DNA of 32,000 nt from Vibrio vulnificus CMCP6 (lineage in GTDB: Bacteria > Pseudomonadota > Gammaproteobacteria > Enterobacterales > Vibrionaceae). A program made the position numbers and the translations under genes. The notes beneath the pieces were generated by a model. The model had not been told where the DNA came from and did no database searches. It saw nothing but the letters and a program-made list of their open reading frames with translations. Below are positions 23,828 to 32,000 of this stretch, one piece after another (position 1 is the stretch's first letter; each line of letters opens with the position of its first letter). The DNA is taken from positions 750,001 to 782,000 of the forward strand of contig NC_004459.3 of the NCBI RefSeq assembly GCF_000039765.1, given 5' to 3'.

Positions 23828-24130
23828 TTATCGGATCGTAGTACGGAGATTTTTATACACATCCAACCAATGAGGATTGGCACTTTCAATTAATTGAATC
23901 TTCCATTGTCGATTCCACTTTTTTAGCTGCTTCTCTCTTAAAATCGCATCACTCATGGCTTCAAACTGTTCAAAGTATACAAGATGCACCACTCGGTACT
24001 TTTTGGTAAAACCGTCACTCTCACCATTCTTGTGTTGCCAAATGCGCTTAATGAGATCACCAGTCACACCAATATATAAAGTGCCATAGGGCTGACTTGC
24101 CAGAATATACACACATGGAAGGCTCACCAA
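23828..24130 (-). CDS. Stand-alone GIY-YIG nuclease-superfamily protein, 100 aa
   Basis: CVYILASQPYGTLYIGVTGDLIKRIWQHKNGESDGFTKKYRVVHLVYFEQFEAMSDAILREKQLKKWNRQWKIQLIESANPHWLD. Confidence 0.92.
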   Translation of the reverse strand: MVSLPCVYILASQPYGTLYIGVTGDLIKRIWQHKNGESDGFTKKYRVVHLVYFEQFEAMSDAILREKQLKKWNRQWKIQLIESANPHWLDVYKNLRTTIR

Positions 24131-24300
24131 GTTTCTCCTGGTAACTCTATTGGTTTTGACGAATCAACGTAATAGGGAAACTAACACGCCAGTAACAAGC
24201 CATTTGTGAAGATGAAGGAACACGCGAGGAAGTTGGCAAAAATACATACTAAGGCGACATTTACACTACCAACCGTCATTCAACCGTATCCGCCGCCAGT

Positions 24301-24481
24301 CGTCATTCCCGTGCACACGGGAAACCATTTATCCACATGCGCCGGATGCCGCGTTTGGAAATGCACTTACCGCAACCAACAACTATATAGAGCAAAACCC
24401 ACAAAAACACCGGCAATTAAGCGGTAATACCAAGCCACAACACTCGTTGAACGATGGGTCCCCGCGTGCGCGAGGATGACA
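24301..24481 (+). repeat. Bipartite-hairpin element copy G (181 bp)
   Basis: CGTCATTCCCGTGCACACGGGAAACCATTTATCC...ACGATGGGTCCCCGCGTGCGCGAGGATGACA. Confidence 0.9.
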
Positions 24482-24609
24482 AGATAAGAGACAGAAAAAG
24501 GCTAAAAGACCGAAGTTAGAAGGAAGAAGTTGGAATAACAAAGATGAGACAGACACATCAACAGCGCAACTCTCAAATAAACACTCAGCACACCGCCACG
24601 CCCCCCTGT

Positions 24610-24786
24610 CGTCATTCCCGTGCACACGGGAAACCATTCATCCACACGCGCCGGATGCCACTTTTGAAAACACACTCACCGCAATAGACAACATAGAACA
24701 CCCCAACAGCAACACTGGCAGTAAAGCGGTAACACCCAACCACAACACTCGCTATACGATGGGTCCCCGCATCCGCGAGGATGACG
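24610..24786 (+). repeat. Bipartite-hairpin element copy H (177 bp)
   Basis: CGTCATTCCCGTGCACACGGGAAACCATTCATCC...ACGATGGGTCCCCGCATCCGCGAGGATGACG. Confidence 0.9.
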
Positions 24787-24837
24787 AGATAAGAAAAGAA
24801 AAAGCAGAGCTAAGTTCAACTCCACCACACCCCCAGC

Positions 24838-25018
24838 CGTCATTCCCGTGTACACGGGAAACCATTCATCCACACGCGCCGGATGCCGCGTTTGGAAACG
24901 CACTTGCCACAACCAACAACTACATAGAGCAAAACCGACAGCAACACCGGTAGTCAAGCGGTAACACCAAACCACAACACTCGCTATACGATGGGTCCCC
25001 GTGTGCGTGAGGATGACG
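24838..25018 (+). repeat. Bipartite-hairpin element copy I (181 bp)
   Basis: CGTCATTCCCGTGTACACGGGAAACCATTCATCC...ACGATGGGTCCCCGTGTGCGTGAGGATGACG. Confidence 0.9.
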
Positions 25019-25152
25019 AGATGAGAGACAGAAAAAGGCTAATAGACCGAAGTTAGAAGGAAGAAGTTGGGAATAACAAAGGATGAGACAGAAAACATCA
25101 ACAGCGCCACTCTCACATCAACACTCAGCACACCGCCGCCACGGCCCACAGC

Positions 25153-25327
25153 TGTCACTCCCGTGCACACGGGAAACCATTCAACCACACGCACCGGATG
25201 TCACGTTTGGAAACATACTCACCGAAATAGACAACATAGAACAACCCAACAGTAACACGTCAACGTAGCGATAACAACGAGCCGCACGCTTGCTATACGA
25301 TGGGTCCCCGCGTGCGCGAGGATGACG
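25153..25327 (+). repeat. Bipartite-hairpin element copy J (175 bp)
   Basis: TGTCACTCCCGTGCACACGGGAAACCATTCAACC...ACGATGGGTCCCCGCGTGCGCGAGGATGACG. Confidence 0.9.
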
Positions 25328-25461
25328 AGATGAGAGACAGAAAAAGGCTAATAGACCGAAGTTAGAAGGAAGAAGTTGGGAATAACAAAGGATGAGACAG
25401 AAAACATCAACAGCGCCACTCTCACATCAACACTCAGCACACCGCCGCGACGCCCCACAGC

Positions 25462-25577
25462 CGTCATTCCCGTGCACACGGGAAACCATTCATCCACACG
25501 CGCCGGATGCCGCGTTTGAAAATGCACTCACCACAACCAACAAATACAGACATGCCACCGACAACCATGCTCGCTAT
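25462..25577 (+). repeat. Bipartite-hairpin element copy K, right end missing
   Basis: CGTCATTCCCGTGCACACGGGAAACCATTCATCC...ACCATGCTCGCTAT, then unrelated sequence instead of ACGATGGGTCCCCGCG...GATGACG. Confidence 0.85.
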
Positions 25578-25590
25578 CTAGTCAAATGCT

Positions 25591-26757
25591 TCAGTCACTA
25601 CCAAACAAATCACGGGTGTAAACTTTATCTGCAACGTCAGTTAATTCTTTCACCATGCGATTTGAGACTATCACGTCCGCTGTTTGCTTAAACTCATTCA
25701 AATCTTTGATTACACGAGAATGGAAAAATTCAGCCTCTTTCAAAACAGGCTCATAAACCACAACTTCAATGCCTTTGGCCTTGATGCGTTTCATGATTCC
25801 TTGAATCGAGGAAGCGCGAAAATTATCCGACCCTGCTTTCATGATTAAACGATAAATACCTACGACTTTGGGCTCGCGCTTCAAAATCGACTCAGCAACA
25901 AAATCTTTGCGAGTACGGTTAGCATCAACAATGGCACCAATAATGTTGTTGGGTACATCTTGGTAATTCGCCAACAGCTGTTTGGTATCTTTAGGTAGGC
26001 AATATCCACCATAACCAAATGATGGGTTGTTGTAGTGATTGCCAATACGAGGGTCTAAGCCAACCCCTTCAATGATCTGGCGAGCATCTAAACCATGCGC
26101 TTCGGCATAGGAGTCCAACTCGTTGAAGTAAGCGATGCGCATCGCCAAATAAGTGTTTGAAAACAACTTGATCGCTTCAGCTTCGGTTGGGTTAGTCAGC
26201 AAAATGGGCACATCCCTTTTCTCGGCAGCGTTGGCAAATAATTCCGCTATTTGCTGCCCACGCTCACTTTGTTCTCCGATGACAATACGAGAAGGAAAAA
26301 GATTGTCGTACAGCGCCTTACCCTCACGCAGAAACTCAGGAGCAAAGAGAATATTGCGCCTTTCCACTTGAGTGCGCATTCTTTCTGTAAACCCGACTGG
26401 CACAGTTGAACGGATAAGAATCGTGGCATTCGGGCTAATTTGAATCGCATCTTGAATCACCTGTTCAACAGAAGTCGTATCAAAACCATTGGTAATGGGA
26501 TCGTAGTTTGTAGGAGTAGCAACAATAATCAGCTGCGCATCGTGGTAGGCAATCTGTGGTGATGTGGTGGCCGTAAGCTGAAGTGCCCCCGACGATAAGA
26601 ACCGCTCAATATCCACATCTACGATAGGGCTACTTTTGGCATTGATTTGTTCGACTCTTTTAGAGTCTACATCGAGCAGAATAATGGAATGGTACTGTGC
26701 CAAAAGTGCAGCATTAGCCAGGCCGACGTAGCCAGCCCCAACGACGGTGATTCGCAT
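25591..26757 (-). CDS. ugd: UDP-glucose/nucleotide-sugar 6-dehydrogenase
   Basis: [21 protein letters not shown] Rossmann motif; [24 protein letters not shown]; [19 protein letters not shown] active-site region. Start at 26757 preferred over 26778. Confidence 0.93.
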   Translation of the reverse strand: MRITVVGAGYVGLANAALLAQYHSIILLDVDSKRVEQINAKSSPIVDVDIERFLSSGALQLTATTSPQIAYHDAQLIIVATPTNYDPITNGFDTTSVEQVIQDAIQISPNATILIRSTVPVGFTERMRTQVERRNILFAPEFLREGKALYDNLFPSRIVIGEQSERGQQIAELFANAAEKRDVPILLTNPTEAEAIKLFSNTYLAMRIAYFNELDSYAEAHGLDARQIIEGVGLDPRIGNHYNNPSFGYGGYCLPKDTKQLLANYQDVPNNIIGAIVDANRTRKDFVAESILKREPKVVGIYRLIMKAGSDNFRASSIQGIMKRIKAKGIEVVVYEPVLKEAEFFHSRVIKDLNEFKQTADVIVSNRMVKELTDVADKVYTRDLFGSD

Positions 26758-26932
26758 AACATTTCCTGTCATTGACAACGTTACACGCTATATCAACAAC
26801 TGAATGTTACACCTCTAAGACGCTAAGATAACAAGAAAGGAAGATAAAGGCCGATATGGCTGAAGAGAAATAGGACGTGAAAAAAGAAGGAGCTTGCCAA
26901 GGCTTACTCCCTTTTTTTCTAGTGCGAATAGA

Positions 26933-28885
26933 CTAAGCGGTGACTTTAATCTCAACCACCTTATCTTTAGAGGCATTGAGCTTTCGCTTGGCATTCCAAA
27001 CTAAATCACCAATACCGTCTGTAGGGTTAAAGCCTGTAGGTGTTTCCAACAAGATTTGACGGATGGTTTCATGATCAAACTCGTGACAGGCTTTGTCTAA
27101 GTTGTCGAGAATCTGATTAAACTCTTCGAGCGGCAAAAATTGCTCGTTCGCAGTCATGATTCGTTCGTGATCGGTGCCTTCCACATTGTCACCAATCAAT
27201 AACTCTTCATAGAGCTTTTCACCAGGGCGAAGACCTGTAAATTTGATTTCGATATCACCGTTTGGATTATCAGAAGACTTAACTTCAAGGCCTGATAACT
27301 GAATAAGATTTTTCGCCAGATCGACAATCTTAACTGGCTCACCCATATCCAACACAAACACATCGCCACCTTTGCCCATTGCACCAGCTTGTATAACGAG
27401 CTGAGCAGCTTCAGGAATGGTCATAAAGTAGCGGATGATATCTGGGTGGGTAACGGTAATAGCCTGCCCTTCTTCAATTTGACGCTTAAACAGTGGAATT
27501 ACCGAGCCTGAAGAGCCAAGCACATTACCAAAGCGCACCATGCAAAAACGCGTACCGTTCACTTTGTCATTTTCTTTTGCCGCCAAGGCTTGCAGTGCAA
27601 GTTCTGCCATACGTTTAGAAGTGCCCATCACATTGGTTGGGCGCACCGCTTTGTCTGTTGAGATCAACACAAAAGATTCCACACCAGCTTCAATAGCGGC
27701 TTTCGCGCTGTAGTAGGTGCCAAATACGTTGTTGCGAACCCCTTCCACCACATTGTATTCCACCAAAGGAACGTGCTTATAAGCCGCTGCGTGATAAACC
27801 GTTTGCACGCCAAACGCTCGCATTGTGGCACTTAGGCGGTTGATTCGCTGGACAGAACCTAACAAGGGTATGATTTCCACTTCAAGCTGCATAGCTTCCA
27901 CCATGCCAGACAGCTCTTTATCGATTTCGTACAAGCCGTATTCTGATAACTCAAATAGAATCAAGGTCTTTGGCTTTTGGCGTACAATCTGACGGCAAAG
28001 CTCAGAACCGATTGAACCGCCTGCACCAGTGACCATCACCACTTTACCGTGAATATTGGCTTTCATGAGTTCAGGATTCGGCTCGACAGGGTCTCGGCCG
28101 AGCAAGTCTTCAATGGCAACATCTTTAAGCTCATCGACCGTGGCGTTGCCATTAACGATGTCTTTAAAGTCTGGAACCGTTAATACTTCTACGGGTAAGT
28201 GCAGTAATCCGTCAATAATGGCTTTACGCTCAGAGCGTGTAGCTCTTGGCATGGCCAGCAAGATTTTTTCAATTTCTTGCTTTTCAACCAGACGAGAAAT
28301 TTGCTGGGAAGAGTGTACGGTTAAGCCTTGGATAATGGTGTTTTCAAGAGAAGGATCATTATCAATAAACCCTTTCACTTGGTAGGTTTCCGCATTGCGA
28401 AGCGCAATGGCCAACTGGCGCCCTGTACTTCCCGCACCATATATCAGTACACGCTCGCACCCTTTACGGCTAGCCTGCACGATTAATGACCGCACCATCA
28501 TGCGTGCACCACCGCACAACAGTGCTAAAAACGTCATGTAGATAACAGGCACTGTACGAGGCACTTCTGCATTTAAAAAATACGCAAAAGTTGTGATCGA
28601 GAGTGCGGAAATCAACGCACCAAGCACCACCACGGTAAGCGCATGAAAGGTGAGATAACGCAGTACCGCTCGGTACAAGCCTAGCCTTGTAAAGGTGATT
28701 AGGGTAACAACAACCGTGCCCGCGAGTGTTAGCCATGTTTCCGCAGAAACGGAAACAGCCACTTCACCATGACGCACCCAGATTGCCATGAAAAAAGAAA
28801 AGGTAATCAATAAGGTATCTATGGCCAAACTGATCAAGCGCTTATGCACTCGAGGTAAAGACCATATGTAAGCCAACTTATCCAT
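26933..28885 (-). CDS. Membrane nucleotide-sugar 4,6-dehydratase/epimerase, PglF/WbpM/CapD family
   Basis: N-terminal transmembrane region, VLIYGAGSTGRQLA and VVMVTGAGGSIGSELCRQI nucleotide-binding motifs, LISTDKAVRPTNVMGTSKRMAE; 650 aa. Confidence 0.93.
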   Translation of the reverse strand: MDKLAYIWSLPRVHKRLISLAIDTLLITFSFFMAIWVRHGEVAVSVSAETWLTLAGTVVVTLITFTRLGLYRAVLRYLTFHALTVVVLGALISALSITTFAYFLNAEVPRTVPVIYMTFLALLCGGARMMVRSLIVQASRKGCERVLIYGAGSTGRQLAIALRNAETYQVKGFIDNDPSLENTIIQGLTVHSSQQISRLVEKQEIEKILLAMPRATRSERKAIIDGLLHLPVEVLTVPDFKDIVNGNATVDELKDVAIEDLLGRDPVEPNPELMKANIHGKVVMVTGAGGSIGSELCRQIVRQKPKTLILFELSEYGLYEIDKELSGMVEAMQLEVEIIPLLGSVQRINRLSATMRAFGVQTVYHAAAYKHVPLVEYNVVEGVRNNVFGTYYSAKAAIEAGVESFVLISTDKAVRPTNVMGTSKRMAELALQALAAKENDKVNGTRFCMVRFGNVLGSSGSVIPLFKRQIEEGQAITVTHPDIIRYFMTIPEAAQLVIQAGAMGKGGDVFVLDMGEPVKIVDLAKNLIQLSGLEVKSSDNPNGDIEIKFTGLRPGEKLYEELLIGDNVEGTDHERIMTANEQFLPLEEFNQILDNLDKACHEFDHETIRQILLETPTGFNPTDGIGDLVWNAKRKLNASKDKVVEIKVTA

Positions 28886-28909
28886 AAATCGTATTCACTT
28901 TTAGTATCG

Positions 28910-29464
28910 TTATGATTTTTTTACTGCATCGCCCGAGCCGCTACCCGTGACTGTCATAATTATATACTTAAAGTAGTTTTTTATCGTTAGAGTATCGATC
29001 ATTTCTCGGTCGGTCTTAGCGAGTAGCTGAGGAGTAGACATATCGATGTTTTGCACCTGTGCCAAGCCTGTGATGCCTGGTAGGACATTGTATACGCCTA
29101 AAGCATCACGCTCTTTAATCAACTCTTCTTGATTGAACAGATTCGGGCGAGGACCGACTAAACTCATTTCACCTTTCAGTACATTGATTAACTGTGGCAG
29201 TTCATCAATCTTAGTTTTACGCAAAAAAGCGCCTAACTTAGTGATTGAGCTAGTACTCGCTAAGTGAGAAGCGACTGATTGGGTATCCACCGACATTGTT
29301 CGAAACTTAACTAGTTTAAAAGGCTTTCTGCTGCGACCTACTCGCTCCTGAACAAAGATAGGCGAGCCAGTATCAAACAAACCGATAACGGTAACGACAA
29401 CCAATATTGGCCATAAAAACAGCAAACCAAAGAATGCTGCGAGAAAATCTATTAGACGAATCAT
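28910..29464 (-). CDS. Undecaprenyl-phosphate sugar phosphotransferase (monotopic phosphoglycosyl transferase, WcaJ/PglC-like)
   Basis: [23 protein letters not shown]; [31 protein letters not shown]; [10 protein letters not shown]. Confidence 0.93.
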   Translation of the reverse strand: MIRLIDFLAAFFGLLFLWPILVVVTVIGLFDTGSPIFVQERVGRSRKPFKLVKFRTMSVDTQSVASHLASTSSITKLGAFLRKTKIDELPQLINVLKGEMSLVGPRPNLFNQEELIKERDALGVYNVLPGITGLAQVQNIDMSTPQLLAKTDREMIDTLTIKNYFKYIIMTVTGSGSGDAVKKS

Positions 29465-29467
29465 TTG

Positions 29468-30379
29468 TTACTTATCCGTATGTTTTAATAAAGCCATCGA
29501 TTGTTCCATCGCAAATGGAGGAGTCCAACCCAAGACTTCTTTGATATTGCAAGAGTCAACTTCTAAGTTGCCATAGAGTTGCTCAATCATAGCAGATTTA
29601 CCAGTCAGCTTCCCTGCAAAGCCCATTAAGCCCACAGGAACTGGTAATTGGAACACCTTCTTACCTAACCCTTTAGCAATAGCATTCGTAAATTCCTTAA
29701 TCGAAACCGTTTCACCATCACTCGCTAAAAAGGTATGTCCTGCTGCATTTGGATGAGTAGCACAAGTAACCAAAAGATCTGCGAGGTTTTGCACTGAAAT
29801 GAAATCACGTCGATTAGTCGCTAAGCCAAACGGTAAGACTGGTAGTCTTTTAATCAACTTAGTTAACATTCCAAAGTTACCTGGTGCATCTGGACCATAA
29901 ACCAAAGTTGGACGCACGATAACAACCTCAAGACCAGTTTCCTTCGCAATTTTTTTTAGACCAATTTCAGCATCGTATTTAGATTGGGCATAATCGTTGT
30001 GAGGAGAAGGTTCAGAATCTAAAGCAAATGGTTCTGCCTGAGTAGACGTCCCATTGACGCCAATAGAACTCACAAACACAAAGCGACGAACGCCAGCTTC
30101 AGCCGCTTTAGTCGCCAGTCTTAATGTGCCAGCAACATTCACTCTGTTGTAATCTTTTGATGAAAAAGAGTGAGAATGAGCAAGTCCTGCAAGATGGATG
30201 ATTGTGTTTACATTATCAAATGCTCCATCCCAGACAGTTTTCCCATCTATAGAATCAACAAGATAACCATCTGAAAACGTAACCTCATCAGTTGCCCTAA
30301 AGACAGCTTTCAAGTCCCCTCGACCCAATGCAAACAGGGTACTCCCCACAAAACCACTCGCCCCTGTAACCAAAATCAT
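29468..30379 (-). CDS. NAD-dependent nucleotide-sugar epimerase/reductase (WbpV/WreQ-like possible)
   Basis: MILVTGASGFVGSTLF; VFVSSIGVNG; YAQSKYDAE; adjacent to the phosphoglycosyl transferase and WbpM-like genes. Confidence 0.85.
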   Translation of the reverse strand: MILVTGASGFVGSTLFALGRGDLKAVFRATDEVTFSDGYLVDSIDGKTVWDGAFDNVNTIIHLAGLAHSHSFSSKDYNRVNVAGTLRLATKAAEAGVRRFVFVSSIGVNGTSTQAEPFALDSEPSPHNDYAQSKYDAEIGLKKIAKETGLEVVIVRPTLVYGPDAPGNFGMLTKLIKRLPVLPFGLATNRRDFISVQNLADLLVTCATHPNAAGHTFLASDGETVSIKEFTNAIAKGLGKKVFQLPVPVGLMGFAGKLTGKSAMIEQLYGNLEVDSCNIKEVLGWTPPFAMEQSMALLKHTDK

Positions 30380-31506
30380 TTTAATCCGATCTCACAAACA
30401 AATTTTTTTACTGCGCTTTCCCGAATAAAATTTTTATGAATTAAATTTCTATTCAAGTTTGCGTCAATTGTTGACTGACCATTGAAAATCTTGCTAATTG
30501 CTAGGTCAAACATTTCCTGGTTTTTAGGTTCTATAAATTCAATTCCTGAAAAATCACTAAAAAAAGATTCCAGTTTTATGTCTCCACCATAAATCACTCG
30601 CTTACCAGATGCCAAGTATTCATAAAGCTTAGATGGAATAGCAGTTTGAAACTCCTCTGTAAGTTGCGCAAACAAAACATCAGTTTGCTCATAGAGCCCT
30701 AATACTTGCTCCCAAGAAAGTCGACCAGTAAGTACTATATTCTTTAGGTTCCTCTCTAAAACCAAGCTCCTGATTCGTTCAAGATCATTTCCTCCACCCA
30801 CTATATTAAACTTGAAGTTAGGATGAGATTCAGCGAGTTCTACCATAAAGCTCAAATCTTGAGCCAATCCAACATTACCTATGTACGATATTACTAGATC
30901 TTCAGTAGAATCTTTTTCTTGGATAAGCACCATTTTCTCAAACTGTTCAATAGATATACCATTTGATATCAACTTGGTCTTTTCTTCAAATCCAATACTT
31001 TTTAGATGAGAAAGTTCAAATTTATTGGAAACAGTTATATAGTCTGCAAATCGGGATAAATACCAAAACAGAAACCTATAAAATCTTTTAAAAAAATAAT
31101 GAGTGATATTATTATCTTTAAGATATTCCCAAGTAAGATCTCTTACATCCAGGATCTTAATGTTACATTTAATAAATGGCAATAGTAAAAGTAAAAACAT
31201 AGATGGCATTGTAATAAAAGCAATATCAGAACTACAACTTACTTTCTTATATTTCACTAGGAGTTGAAAGGTTAGCTTCAACTCTAAAAATGCTCTTTTA
31301 ATAAAAGACCCGCTAACTATCTTAGGTTCATCCAGCATAATCTGCTTAGCATCAATACTTTCAAAATTATAAAGTGCACCTTTGGGTTGAAAAATGTTTA
31401 TACTATAACCTAATTTACCAAACTCAAAAATAAATGGAAGTAATCTATTCTTTATAACCGGCTCATCACACAAAGGATAGCTAGTAATTATACTAATTGC
31501 TTTCAT
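30376..31506 (-). CDS. Glycosyltransferase, GT4-like
   Basis: ISYIGNVGLAQDLSFMVELAES; VLTGRLSWEQVLGLYEQTDVLFAQLTEEFQTAIPSKLYEYLASGKRVIYGG. Confidence 0.85.
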   Translation of the reverse strand: MKAISIITSYPLCDEPVIKNRLLPFIFEFGKLGYSINIFQPKGALYNFESIDAKQIMLDEPKIVSGSFIKRAFLELKLTFQLLVKYKKVSCSSDIAFITMPSMFLLLLLPFIKCNIKILDVRDLTWEYLKDNNITHYFFKRFYRFLFWYLSRFADYITVSNKFELSHLKSIGFEEKTKLISNGISIEQFEKMVLIQEKDSTEDLVISYIGNVGLAQDLSFMVELAESHPNFKFNIVGGGNDLERIRSLVLERNLKNIVLTGRLSWEQVLGLYEQTDVLFAQLTEEFQTAIPSKLYEYLASGKRVIYGGDIKLESFFSDFSGIEFIEPKNQEMFDLAISKIFNGQSTIDANLNRNLIHKNFIRESAVKKFVCEIGLK

Positions 31507-32000
31507 TTACAACCTCAATTTTTGAAGTCAAACATTTAACAAAACTAACACATATCGTCTTGTTATTATCAGACAGCCCAAAACCTGGATAATATTTTGA
31601 ATCAACTAGAGTAATAGAGTAAGAACCAAAAAAACTAAATTTAACAACGACATTGGAAATGTTCAACATGGCAGAATCGTTTGCAATATCTAACACTATA
31701 ACATCTGGATGAAAATGGAAGAAGGCAACACTTTCAAATCTATCCGTATTAATTAAGTCATGTATTTTAATCAACTTCTCTGATATTTCAAATTTCCTGG
31801 TATGTATCACTTTAGGTTTAAGTCTTTGATATCCATCGTGGTACCCTTCAATTATAATGTTATCTAAATCATCTGACCTGACATTTATAATTTCCGTCTT
31901 AGCTCTTCGTGCAACTCTAAATCCGGCCCACATTTCAGAAGAGTTTTGATTATCAACAACTACAGTATTATGGCATGATGTACTGCGCTGCAATTCACGC
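31493..32000 (-). CDS. Heparinase II/III-family protein, partial (N-terminus beyond right window edge)
   Basis: ...RELQRSTSCHNTVVVDNQNSSEMWAGFRVARRAKTEI resembles the R-S-T-x-x-H-N-T-V-V-x-D segment of heparinase II/III proteins. Frame stays open to base 32000; the 31993 start in the track is a TTG artefact. Confidence 0.75.
   Translation of the reverse strand, partial: RELQRSTSCHNTVVVDNQNSSEMWAGFRVARRAKTEIINVRSDDLDNIIIEGYHDGYQRLKPKVIHTRKFEISEKLIKIHDLINTDRFESVAFFHFHPDVIVLDIANDSAMLNISNVVVKFSFFGSYSITLVDSKYYPGFGLSDNNKTICVSFVKCLTSKIEVVNESN

Noticed and set aside
23828-24130. Interpreting the GIY-YIG gene as a homing endonuclease inside an intron.
   Set aside because: It is a free-standing short gene with no flanking host-gene halves or recognisable intron structure.
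16039-25577. A regularly spaced repeat array could be read as CRISPR.
   Set aside because: Units are 156-181 bp with 51-134 bp spacers that are themselves repeated, and no cas genes are present. The architecture is of paired inverted hairpins, not short direct repeats with unique spacers.
21778-25691. Short ORFs in later clusters (e.g. 21778..22026, 21911..22096, 21984..22232, 24206..24427, 24383..24637, 24676..24975, 24759..24953, 25067..25268, 25392..25691).
   Set aside because: Same explanation: frames opened by element ends (MVSRVHGNDD, MGPRIREDDE). Their resemblance to one another reflects DNA repeats, not a gene family.
28056-28385. Plus-strand ORF opposite the WbpM/PglF-like gene.
   Set aside because: Antisense shadow of a strongly supported CDS.

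Overview
Vibrio-type chromosomal window (genus inferred from gene content and order), with almost every gene on the minus strand. (1) Positions ~380-1630 (+): an FKBP-type peptidyl-prolyl isomerase and a small DUF2780-like lipoprotein. Each appears to carry a single-base +1 frameshift. (2) Positions 1900-15565 (-): the complete alpha, spc and S10 ribosomal protein operons, from rplQ to rpsJ, including rpoA, secY and rpmJ (missed by the ORF track). (3) 17121-21674 (-): a 1517-aa AcfD/SslE-like lipoprotein with a HEVGH zinc motif (M60-like). (4) 22424-23764 (-): rjg-type beta-CASP/metallo-beta-lactamase hydrolase, the customary boundary gene of Vibrio O/K-antigen loci. (5) 23828-24130 (-): a stand-alone GIY-YIG protein. 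(6) 25591-32000 (-): end of a surface polysaccharide locus (ugd-like, PglF/WbpM-like, phosphoglycosyl transferase, NAD-dependent epimerase/reductase, glycosyltransferase, heparinase II/III-like partial). The most unusual feature is a family of 11 non-coding repeat elements (ten complete, ~156-181 bp, and one truncated). All lie in the same orientation in the three intergenic regions between the S10 operon and ugd. Each complete copy is bounded by two related hairpins in inverted orientation (left CGTCATTCCCGTGCACACGGGAAACCAT; right ATGGGTCCCCGCGTTCGCGAGGATGACG), with interiors of at least three subfamilies. This resembles a REPIN/MITE-like architecture, and the GIY-YIG gene lies 170 bp from the largest cluster. 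That association is the best candidate here for an undescribed system, but a functional link is hypothesis only.
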